A stretch of DNA of 5,011 nt from an uncultured Gammaproteobacteria bacterium. Its GTDB lineage: Bacteria > Patescibacteriota > Microgenomatia > Daviesbacterales > UBA10151. Position numbers and translations under genes: made by a program. This document shows, in pieces, positions 1 through 5,011 of this stretch (positions are counted from its first letter, which is position 1; every line of letters begins with the position of its first letter). The stretch lies in contig CAZFVS010000080.1 in assembly GCA_964522265.1 (NCBI GenBank), forward strand, positions 1 through 5,011. Reading direction: 5' to 3'. Under the pieces are notes generated by a model that was not told the origin of the DNA, did not search any database, and was given only the letters and a program-made list of their open reading frames with translations.

Positions 1-74
1 TTAATCGTGCTTGAGGTGGAAGTCTTTTGTCAAATGGAGAATGCAACGGCCCTGTGATGGGTAGACAAAGGGTA

Positions 75-80
75 TATAAT
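75..80 (+). promoter_or_regulatory. Candidate -10 hexamer (TATAAT) for the dehydrogenase gene; spacing implies a leaderless or near-leaderless mRNA
   Basis: A perfect TATAAT lies at 75-80, within ggTATATAATagggactATG, with only 7 nt between the hexamer and ATG 88. There is no well-spaced -35: CTGTGA at 52-57 matches 3/6, and the good TTGTCA at 27-32 is 42 nt away. AGGGA at 81-85 is too close to the ATG to act as a normal SD. Confidence 0.3.
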
Positions 81-87
81 AGGGACT

Positions 88-966
88 ATGGTTGAGAAAA
101 ATACCAATCTTCCAAAACTCCCTGAAAATTTAAAAGCTAATATTGGTATCGTGGGTTATGGTTTTGTAGGTAAAGCCTTATCTTATGGGTTCTACCAGGA
201 CCACATTCTTTATTATGACAAGTATCAAAAAAGCCACCCCCTTAAAAAAGTTGTTGACGAGTCTGAGTTTATCTTTATCTGTTTGCCAACACCAATGTTT
301 GCTGATGAATCAGGCATAGACCTTTCGATCATTGAAGAAAATATTGCCAAAATTACACCCCAGACTGATGATACAGATAAAATCATAGTAATAAAGTCCA
401 CTGTTGTTCCAGGTACTACAGAGCGGTTGGAAAAAGAATACCCTAAAACCAAATTTTGTTTTAATCCTGAGTTTTTAACAGAAGCTCATTTTAAGCGGGA
501 TTTTATAAACCCTGACAGGGTTATAATTGGTGCCAGTAATGACCTTGTATCCAGAAGGCTGGTAGTTTTTTATCAGGATAGGTTGCCTGATGCCCCTATT
601 TTTCAGACAAGCCCGACAACTGCTGAGCTGGTTAAATACGGGGCTAATGCCTATCTTGCCATGAAGGTTATTTTTGCAAACCAGTTCAAATTTTTGTGTG
701 ATGCGTTAGGTGTTGAGTGGCCGGAGGTTAAAAAATTAATTGTTGCTGACAACCGCATTGGAGATACCCACCTAGATGTGCATGAATATAAAGGTTTTGG
801 AGGGAAATGTTTTCCAAAGGATTTAGTTGCTTTGGTAGCCGAAGCGGACAAACGGGGTGTTGACCTTTCTCTTTTAAAAGAGGTTTGGAAAATAAATAAG
901 AATGTCAGGCAAAAGTATGATTGGGTAGAGATCCCTTTTGCCACCTCAGAAAAAGCAGAAGACTAA
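88..966 (+). CDS. UDP-glucose/GDP-mannose dehydrogenase family protein, short form (NAD-binding and central domains only)
   Basis: ATG 88 is the only start codon after the in-frame TGA at 55-57; the ORF is 292 aa and stops at TAA 964-966. It has the Rossmann motif GIVGYGFVGKAL near the N-terminus. Family hallmarks follow: ICLPTP, IKSTVVPGTT, NPEFLTEA..NPDRVIIG, TAELVKYGANAYLAMKV, and the catalytic-Cys motif GFGGKCFPKD (Cys241, tgt 808-810; cf. GGxCxPKD). The protein ends about 50 aa after the Cys, so the usual C-terminal UDP-sugar-binding domain of about 100 aa seems absent. Confidence 0.8.
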   Translation: MVEKNTNLPKLPENLKANIGIVGYGFVGKALSYGFYQDHILYYDKYQKSHPLKKVVDESEFIFICLPTPMFADESGIDLSIIEENIAKITPQTDDTDKIIVIKSTVVPGTTERLEKEYPKTKFCFNPEFLTEAHFKRDFINPDRVIIGASNDLVSRRLVVFYQDRLPDAPIFQTSPTTAELVKYGANAYLAMKVIFANQFKFLCDALGVEWPEVKKLIVADNRIGDTHLDVHEYKGFGGKCFPKDLVALVAEADKRGVDLSLLKEVWKINKNVRQKYDWVEIPFATSEKAED

Positions 967-984
967 TTTTAAACTCGAATCCTT

Positions 985-1938
985 ATGAATTGGGTTGACC
1001 TGGTAATAATAGCCTTACTGATTTTTTTTATTTTTGAAGGGTTTGGCAGAAGTCTGGTAGCTGAGTTTTTTGATCTCTTATCATTTCTGTTGGCACTGAT
1101 ATTATCCTTGAGGTTTTACAACCTGGCAGCACCATTTTACGAAAATAACTTTCAGATACCCCATTCTTTAAGTAATGCTTTGGGATTTGGGACAACCTGG
1201 TTTTTGGTAGAAATCATTTTTTTAGGAATTATCCAAACTATTGTTTTAAGATTTCCGATACTTTCAAAAATTAACAGGCTCAGTATATTGACAATAATCC
1301 CCTCACTCTTTAGGGGACTTGTTTTAACTGCAGTTTTACTGCTTTTGGTCGGGACATTCCCTATTCAGCCAATGGTTAAACGGGCGGTTGAGGACTCCAA
1401 AATAGGATCAAGGATTTTAGGTTACGCTAGGAATCTTGAGGTGCCGCTTAAAAATATCTTCGGAGGAATTACAACAGACAGCTTAACATTTTTAACCATC
1501 AAGCCGAAAAGCGACGAAAGGGTTCCTTTAGGTTTTCAGACAGACCAGTTTTATCCCAGTGAAGTTTTGGAAAACAGGATGATTGAGCTGGTCAATAAAG
1601 AGCGGACTGGTCAGGGATTTAAACCGCTTGCATTCAATGCCAAATTACGAGAGGTGGCAAGAAGCCATAGCGAAGACATGTTTAAAAGGGGTTATTTTTC
1701 CCACTACTCTCCTGAAGGGAAATCCGTGGCGGATAGAGCTGCAAACTATGGAATTGAGTATCAGGTGATAGGAGAAAATTTGGCATATGCTCCAAATTTA
1801 GACCTTGCACACAGCGGTTTAATGAATTCCCCTGGCCACAGGGCAAATATTTTATCCCCTGATTTTAATGAGGTTGGGATCGGGATTATGGATGGTGGGG
1901 TATACGGGCTGATGATAACCCAGGTGTTTACGAATTAA
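985..1938 (+). CDS. Fusion protein: N-terminal CvpA-family (colicin V production-like) 4-TM membrane domain plus C-terminal CAP/SCP/PR-1 (YkwD-like) domain
   Basis: 317-aa ORF from ATG 985 to TAA 1936-1938. The N-terminus MNWVDLVIIALLIFFIFEGFGRSLVAEFFDLLSFLLALILSLRFY is typical of CvpA. I count four hydrophobic segments at about aa 3-20, 28-45, 66-88 and 102-125. The C-terminal region (about aa 193-315, nt ~1561-1929) matches bacterial CAP/YkwD motifs: NKERTGQGFKPLAFNAKLREVARSHSEDM, GYFSH, IGENLAY, MNSPGHRANIL, EVGIGI. Confidence 0.8.
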   Translation: MNWVDLVIIALLIFFIFEGFGRSLVAEFFDLLSFLLALILSLRFYNLAAPFYENNFQIPHSLSNALGFGTTWFLVEIIFLGIIQTIVLRFPILSKINRLSILTIIPSLFRGLVLTAVLLLLVGTFPIQPMVKRAVEDSKIGSRILGYARNLEVPLKNIFGGITTDSLTFLTIKPKSDERVPLGFQTDQFYPSEVLENRMIELVNKERTGQGFKPLAFNAKLREVARSHSEDMFKRGYFSHYSPEGKSVADRAANYGIEYQVIGENLAYAPNLDLAHSGLMNSPGHRANILSPDFNEVGIGIMDGGVYGLMITQVFTN

Positions 1939-1946
1939 TGAGATAA

Positions 1947-2552
1947 ATGTTAAATAATACTCGACTTAAACTAATTGCTGTATCTGCTGTGACTTTGGTC
2001 TTGAGCGGCTTTCTGTTTTATGAGGGTTTAAAGTCATGGATCGCCTCGGATTCACCTGTTTACTCAACTATCAGCAAAAAGATAGCCAAAGGGAGTACCG
2101 GTGAAGCAAAAGTTGCCACATCTGCGGCTGAAGAGCAAAGCCAGGTAAAAGTTTTAAGGGTGGTTGATGGGGATACAATTGAGGTTGAATATTCAGGCCA
2201 AGCCAGGAGATTGAGGTATATTGGCGTAAATACCCCGGAAACTGTTGACCCTAGAAGGCCGGTTCAATGTTTCGGAAAAGAAGCAAGCAATGAAAATAAG
2301 CGTTTGCTTGAGGGAAAACCGGTTTTTCTGGAAAAGGATGTTTCAGAGACGGATAAATTCGGCAGGCTTTTAAGGTATGTATTCCTTAAATTGGATGATG
2401 GGACAACCCTTTTTGTTAATGATTATTTAGTCAGGGAAGGCTTTGCTCAGGTTGACACTTTTCCTCCTGACGTAAAATATCGGGAGAGGTTTGTTGCAGC
2501 CCAAAAAGAAGCCAGAGAAAACAATAAGGGTTTATGGGCGAGGTGTAAGTAA
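1947..2552 (+). CDS. Membrane-anchored thermonuclease (staphylococcal nuclease / SNase family)
   Basis: 201-aa ORF from ATG 1947 to TAA 2550-2552. It has an N-terminal hydrophobic anchor LKLIAVSAVTLVLSGFLFY, then a low-complexity linker, then an SNase domain (about aa 67-201). That domain aligns by eye along its length with S. aureus nuclease A: VVDGDTIEV (D19/D21 region), RLRYIGVNTPET (R35, T41, E43 equivalents; D40 position is Asn95), FGKEAS, TDKFGRLLRYVF (R87 equivalent), VNDYLVREGFAQV, and KEARENNKGLW. Two Cys residues (108 and 200) could form a disulfide if the protein is exported. Confidence 0.9.
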   Translation: MLNNTRLKLIAVSAVTLVLSGFLFYEGLKSWIASDSPVYSTISKKIAKGSTGEAKVATSAAEEQSQVKVLRVVDGDTIEVEYSGQARRLRYIGVNTPETVDPRRPVQCFGKEASNENKRLLEGKPVFLEKDVSETDKFGRLLRYVFLKLDDGTTLFVNDYLVREGFAQVDTFPPDVKYRERFVAAQKEARENNKGLWARCK

Positions 2553-2559
2553 ATGCATC

Positions 2560-2568
2560 TGGTATAAT
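2560..2568 (+). promoter_or_regulatory. Candidate extended -10 element (TGGTATAAT = TGnTATAAT) in the nuclease/DUF192 intergenic gap
   Basis: TGGTATAAT at 2560-2568 is a perfect extended -10 consensus. It begins 8 nt after the nuclease stop (2552) and ends 6 nt upstream of GTG 2575. No SD lies between it and the GTG. No convincing -35 is present, which an extended -10 can tolerate. Confidence 0.35.
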
Positions 2569-2574
2569 ATTTAT

Positions 2575-3102
2575 GTGAAGCAATTCGTTTTTCAGATAGT
2601 GGCTTTAGTTGCAGTTATTATAGCGGGATTTTACTTGACTTCTCAACAATCCCTATTTAATCAAAAAATCGGCGGCACTCCGGGCAGCCAAAAAGTTTCT
2701 CTGGAGAAAAAGTTAAAGATTATTGATCCGACGATTGTAAGTGGGGATGCAGCAAAAGTAGTTGTAAATATAGAAATTGCCGATACCAAAGAAAAAAGGT
2801 CTAGGGGGTTGGGAGGAAGACAGTCTTTAGCAACAGACTCCGGGATGTTGTTTGTTTTTGATAAGGCCGACAGATACACTTTTTGGATGAAGGGATTATC
2901 TTTCCCGCTGGATTTTATTTGGCTTAAAGATGATGAGATTGTGGAAATTTCACCGGATATCCCGTCCCCTGAAAGCGGGCAGAAGGATGCGGATTTGCCA
3001 AGATATACACCGGCTGCCGAAGTAAGTCAAGTGCTGGAAGTAAATAGTGGATTTTCAAAGGAGCATAATGTTAAAGTGGGAGACAAGATAGAAGTAAAGT
3101 GA
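2575..3102 (+). CDS. DUF192 (UPF0127 / COG1430) domain protein with N-terminal membrane anchor; start codon uncertain (GTG 2575 preferred; TTG 2491/2494 alternatives)
   Basis: The frame is open from 2491 to TGA 3100-3102. The DUF192 core is recognisable: RSRGLGGRQSLATDSGMLFVFD..YTFWMKGLSFPLDFIWLKDDEIVEI...RYTP...VLEVNSGFSKEHNVKVGDKIEV. A hydrophobic anchor FVFQIVALVAVIIAGFYL comes directly after GTG 2575. GTG 2575 gives a 22-nt gap after the nuclease stop and lies 6 nt downstream of TGGTATAAT. The TTG starts at 2491/2494 would overlap the nuclease gene by 62/59 nt. Confidence 0.75.
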   Translation: MKQFVFQIVALVAVIIAGFYLTSQQSLFNQKIGGTPGSQKVSLEKKLKIIDPTIVSGDAAKVVVNIEIADTKEKRSRGLGGRQSLATDSGMLFVFDKADRYTFWMKGLSFPLDFIWLKDDEIVEISPDIPSPESGQKDADLPRYTPAAEVSQVLEVNSGFSKEHNVKVGDKIEVK

Positions 3103-3108
3103 CAACCT

Positions 3109-4593
3109 ATGGAAGTACTGCCTATTAAAGCGATAAGAGAAGAAGACGGTCCGATAATAGGCAACAACCTGTTAAATCTGGCAAAGCTGTCGCAGCATAA
3201 TTTCCCGGTTGCAGACGGTATCATAGTAACTCCCCCGGATTTAAAATTTCGGACAATACTTGAGCACTTTCAATTTAAGGATCGGGATGTTTTTGAACAA
3301 AGCCTGCAGCTTATTAAAAGTAAAATTTTAGAGATTCCTGTACCTGCCGAGGTTGAATCATGCGTTTCCAAAAAAGGCATCGATCCAAAAAAAGTGTGGA
3401 TAAACTTGCTGGATGGTTGGTTTAGTCAAATTCGGTCAAAAATCTGGCGTGAGGGGTTTTCTCCAAAACTCACTTCTGCGCTCATTGTAGAGCCTGTTTT
3501 TTTCACCAGAAATATTAAAGCCTCGGGAGATGTATATTTTGATTATGATCAGAAATTGGCAATTATAAAGACATACACCGGTAAGTTAACGCCAGATTTA
3601 ATACTTGAGCTGGAGGATCTTATCAAACAAGCTAATAAAAAATTATTCTTACCCCAGGTTTATCAATGGATTATTGACGGTGATGTAAAAAAGACTGGCA
3701 AACTGTTTTTTGTCAAAGTCACTCCATTTACAGGAGAATTGCCCAAAATTAAGACAAATTTTGATTATCCTGCACCGATTTATACGGAAAAAACTGCTGA
3801 AGAAAAAATGGCTAAATCATCGATGAGAGTCTTTTTAGAAATGGGTGATGATTTAAAAATATCACATGATGTAGACGGGATTTTGATTAAGGCTGAAGCA
3901 GTAACGGATATGGATAAAAAAATCTTACAGCTTGTTGAAGCAGGAATAACTCTGCCGAAGGCTCCAATTATTTTCAAACTCCCGGATATTAAAGAAGGAT
4001 TTGGTGGTGTCCGCGGAACCTTGAAATTAATTCACGGGGGTCAGATCTTAAGACAGGAAGTTGCAGCTGTCCTTTTTGCCAGAAATAAAAAAGAACTTTT
4101 AAATATTGCTGTTGCTGTCCCCTTTGTGAGGTCTGTCAGGGAATTGTTGCAGATTAAAAGAGATTTAGCGGTATTGGGGATTTCAAGAAAAGGTAGTTTA
4201 AAATTGTGGCTTGAAATTGCAACCCCTGAAAATATTCTAAATATTGAGGACTATTTAACAACAGGTTTTGATGGTGCTTTGATCAACCTGGATGAGTTGG
4301 CAGCTTGGATTGGGGGGTTTAATCCTGAAGAACCGGAAAGTATTTTCTATCAAAAACAGGTTACAGCTCTCTTAAAATTTTTGAGTGATGGTTTAAAAAT
4401 CCTGCATAAAGCTGGAATTCCCATCCTGGCAAGCGGAAGCCTGGTTTTGCATGATGACATATTGGCATTTTTAATAAGTGCCGGGGTGTGGGGTGTAAGT
4501 TTAAGCTCTGCCAACATAGTTGGGATGCATGAATACTTAAGGTTTGTCGAAAAAAGGCATATCAGAGGAAGGGCTGCTGATTGGTCAGCCTAA
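3109..4593 (+). CDS. PEP-utilising-enzyme-like protein (PpsA/PPDK-like): reduced ATP-grasp-like N-domain plus PEP-binding TIM-barrel-like C-domain, no recognisable phosphohistidine swivel domain
   Basis: 494-aa ORF from ATG 3109 to TAA 4591-4593. N-domain (aa ~1-208) matches to PPDK_N: GPIIGNNLLNLAKLSQHNFPVADGIIVTP (cf. GGKGANLGEL..GFPVPPGFVIT), WINLLDGWFSQIRSKIW, ASGDVYF, LTPDLILELEDLIKQ, and PQVYQWIIDG....GKLFFVKVTPFT (cf. PQDIEWAid.dGklyilQsRPiT). C-domain (aa ~239-482) matches to PEP-utilizers_C: DGILIKAE (cf. G.GL.RTE), PIIFKLPDI (cf. IRTLDIGGDK), NIAVAVPFVRSVRELLQIK (cf. IMIPMVSSVEE), LWLEIATPENI (cf. IMIE.PAA), FDGALINLDELAAW (cf. DFFSIGTNDLTQY), HKAGIPILASGSL (cf. hkaGk.vgmCGEl), and GVWGVSLSSANI (cf. 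GlDelSmsp.sI). There is no GGxTSHAAI-type motif anywhere. Confidence 0.7.
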   Translation: MEVLPIKAIREEDGPIIGNNLLNLAKLSQHNFPVADGIIVTPPDLKFRTILEHFQFKDRDVFEQSLQLIKSKILEIPVPAEVESCVSKKGIDPKKVWINLLDGWFSQIRSKIWREGFSPKLTSALIVEPVFFTRNIKASGDVYFDYDQKLAIIKTYTGKLTPDLILELEDLIKQANKKLFLPQVYQWIIDGDVKKTGKLFFVKVTPFTGELPKIKTNFDYPAPIYTEKTAEEKMAKSSMRVFLEMGDDLKISHDVDGILIKAEAVTDMDKKILQLVEAGITLPKAPIIFKLPDIKEGFGGVRGTLKLIHGGQILRQEVAAVLFARNKKELLNIAVAVPFVRSVRELLQIKRDLAVLGISRKGSLKLWLEIATPENILNIEDYLTTGFDGALINLDELAAWIGGFNPEEPESIFYQKQVTALLKFLSDGLKILHKAGIPILASGSLVLHDDILAFLISAGVWGVSLSSANIVGMHEYLRFVEKRHIRGRAADWSA

Positions 4594-5011
4594 ACAATAA
4601 CACAAATTCTCCCTTTGGGGGTTTGTTGTTAAACTGATCCAGCCATGCGCTGAGCTTTTTTTGTTCTACTGCTTGATGGATCTTAGATAACTCCCTAGCC
4701 AAAGTTATTTCAACATCACCAAATACCTCCAGCATGTCCCCTAAAGTTTTGATTAATTTAAAAGGGGCTACAAATATTATATAAGTTGTCTGTAAAATTT
4801 TGTTGCTTTGCATAATTTTTTCCAGCATATTTTTTCTTTTGCCCTGTTTTTCCGGTAAATAACCCAAAAATAAAAATTTATCAGGCGGTAAGCCCGAGAG
4901 AGTTAGGGCGGTTGTCACCGAAGTTGGGCCGGGGAGGGAGTCAACAGTGATATTTTCCTCCAGACATTTTTTGACCAATTTATATCCGGGGTCGGAAATC
5001 AGTGGAGTGCC
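4562..5011 (-). CDS. rsmI: 16S rRNA (cytidine1402-2'-O)-methyltransferase RsmI, C-terminal ~149 aa; the 5' part lies beyond the right window edge
   Basis: The reverse-strand frame is open from the window edge. Translation of 5011->4979 gives GTPLISDPGYK, the conserved RsmI/tetrapyrrole-methylase motif. It continues in frame into the listed ORF, so that ORF's 'M' is an internal Leu codon. Downstream matches to E. coli RsmI include SLPGPTSVTTALTLSGLPPDKFLFLGYLP (cf. [29 protein letters not shown]), LARELSKIHQ (cf. LARELTKTWE) and KGEFVLLF (cf. KGEMVLIV). The usually conserved FYES(P/T)HR segment is divergent here (IFVAPFK). Stop is TGA (complement of 4562-4564). Confidence 0.9.
   Translation of the reverse strand, partial: GTPLISDPGYKLVKKCLEENITVDSLPGPTSVTTALTLSGLPPDKFLFLGYLPEKQGKRKNMLEKIMQSNKILQTTYIIFVAPFKLIKTLGDMLEVFGDVEITLARELSKIHQAVEQKKLSAWLDQFNNKPPKGEFVLLFRLTNQQPFL

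Noticed and set aside
1-57. An open frame entering from the left edge (LIVLEVEVFCQMENATAL, stop TGA 55-57) could be the 3' end of an upstream + strand gene.
   Set aside because: Only 18 codons are visible and no motif is recognisable. It cannot be told apart from non-coding promoter-region sequence, so it is not reported as a feature.
225-944. Antisense ORFs 225..452 (-, 75 aa) and 651..944 (-, 97 aa) inside the dehydrogenase gene.
   Set aside because: They lie entirely within a + strand gene that has strong family motifs. Their products are low-complexity, Ser/Phe/Thr-rich sequences with no recognisable motifs, typical of shadow ORFs in AT-rich DNA.
1583-1768. Same-strand alternative-frame ORF of 61 aa inside the CAP-domain region.
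   Set aside because: It is embedded in the best-conserved part of the CAP domain in another frame, with no motif support. It is most likely a chance ORF.
2229-2231. The Ca-ligand position equivalent to Asp40 of S. aureus nuclease is Asn (GVNTPE instead of VDTPE), which hinted at an inactive nuclease.
   Set aside because: All other catalytic positions are conserved (D19/D21, R35, T41, E43 and R87 equivalents), and Asn can still coordinate Ca through its side-chain oxygen. This is not sufficient to infer loss of activity.
3100-3111. The DUF192 gene and the PEP-utilising-like gene are in the same reading frame, separated only by TGA CAA CCT before ATG 3109. This raised the idea of a TGA-recoded genome (code 4/25) or a read-through DUF192-PpsA-like fusion.
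   Set aside because: All long ORFs in the window are free of internal TGA, which would be very unlikely if TGA were a sense codon in this genome. Being in the same frame is a 1-in-3 coincidence, and genes at 88 and 985 share that frame too. The downstream protein begins at a sensible domain boundary with its own ATG.
3367-3394. Near-direct repeat TCCAAAAAAG...TCCAAAAAAAG (A6 and A7 runs) as possible slippage or phase-variation sites in the PEP-utilising-like gene.
   Set aside because: The runs encode Lys-Lys pairs (SKKG, PKKV) in an AT-rich genome, and similar A/T runs occur throughout the window. No alternative-frame ORF would be joined by a frameshift.
2661-3977. Antisense ORFs 2661..2879 (-), 3027..3224 (-) and 3780..3977 (-).
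   Set aside because: Each is short (65-72 aa) and fully overlapped by well-supported + strand genes. None has a recognisable domain or signal, so I treat them as shadow ORFs.
4640-4662. Possible intrinsic terminator for the + strand operon: CAGC-catgc-GCTG hairpin followed by AGC and a T7 run.
   Set aside because: The stem is only 4 bp and is separated from the T-run by 3 nt. The T-run is simply the complement of the Lys codons in rsmI (EQKK). It is too weak to call.
1-5011. Scan for CRISPR repeats, tRNA/rRNA-like sequence, IS terminal inverted repeats, integrase/transposase genes and toxin-antitoxin-sized gene pairs.
   Set aside because: None found by eye. Coding density is near 98%, the non-coding gaps are at most 87 nt, and every long ORF has a housekeeping or envelope-type assignment.

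Overview
AT-rich (roughly 35-40% GC by eye, not computed), tightly packed bacterial chromosomal segment. Five co-directional + strand genes have gaps of 22 nt or less. They encode a short UDP-glucose/GDP-mannose dehydrogenase-family protein, a CvpA membrane domain fused to a CAP/SCP (YkwD-like) domain, a membrane-anchored staphylococcal-type thermonuclease, a membrane-anchored DUF192 protein, and a divergent PEP-utilising-enzyme-like protein. A convergent, 5'-truncated rsmI (16S rRNA 2'-O-methyltransferase) runs off the right edge. I see no tRNA/rRNA genes, CRISPR arrays, transposases, inverted-repeat mobile element ends or long repeats. The small genes, many N-terminal membrane anchors, weak or absent Shine-Dalgarno motifs and low GC suggest a reduced-genome lineage such as CPR/Patescibacteria; this is inference only. 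I do not see a clear-cut defence, toxin or mobile system. The most unusual item is the 494-aa PpsA/PPDK-like protein. It keeps a trimmed ATP-grasp-like N-domain and a PEP-binding TIM-barrel-like C-domain, but appears to lack the phosphohistidine swivel domain and several catalytic hallmark residues. Second is the run of three consecutive predicted surface-anchored proteins (CvpA-CAP, nuclease, DUF192), which may form an extracellular scavenging or envelope module. All motif comparisons were made by eye against remembered family consensus sequences and need HMM or structure confirmation.
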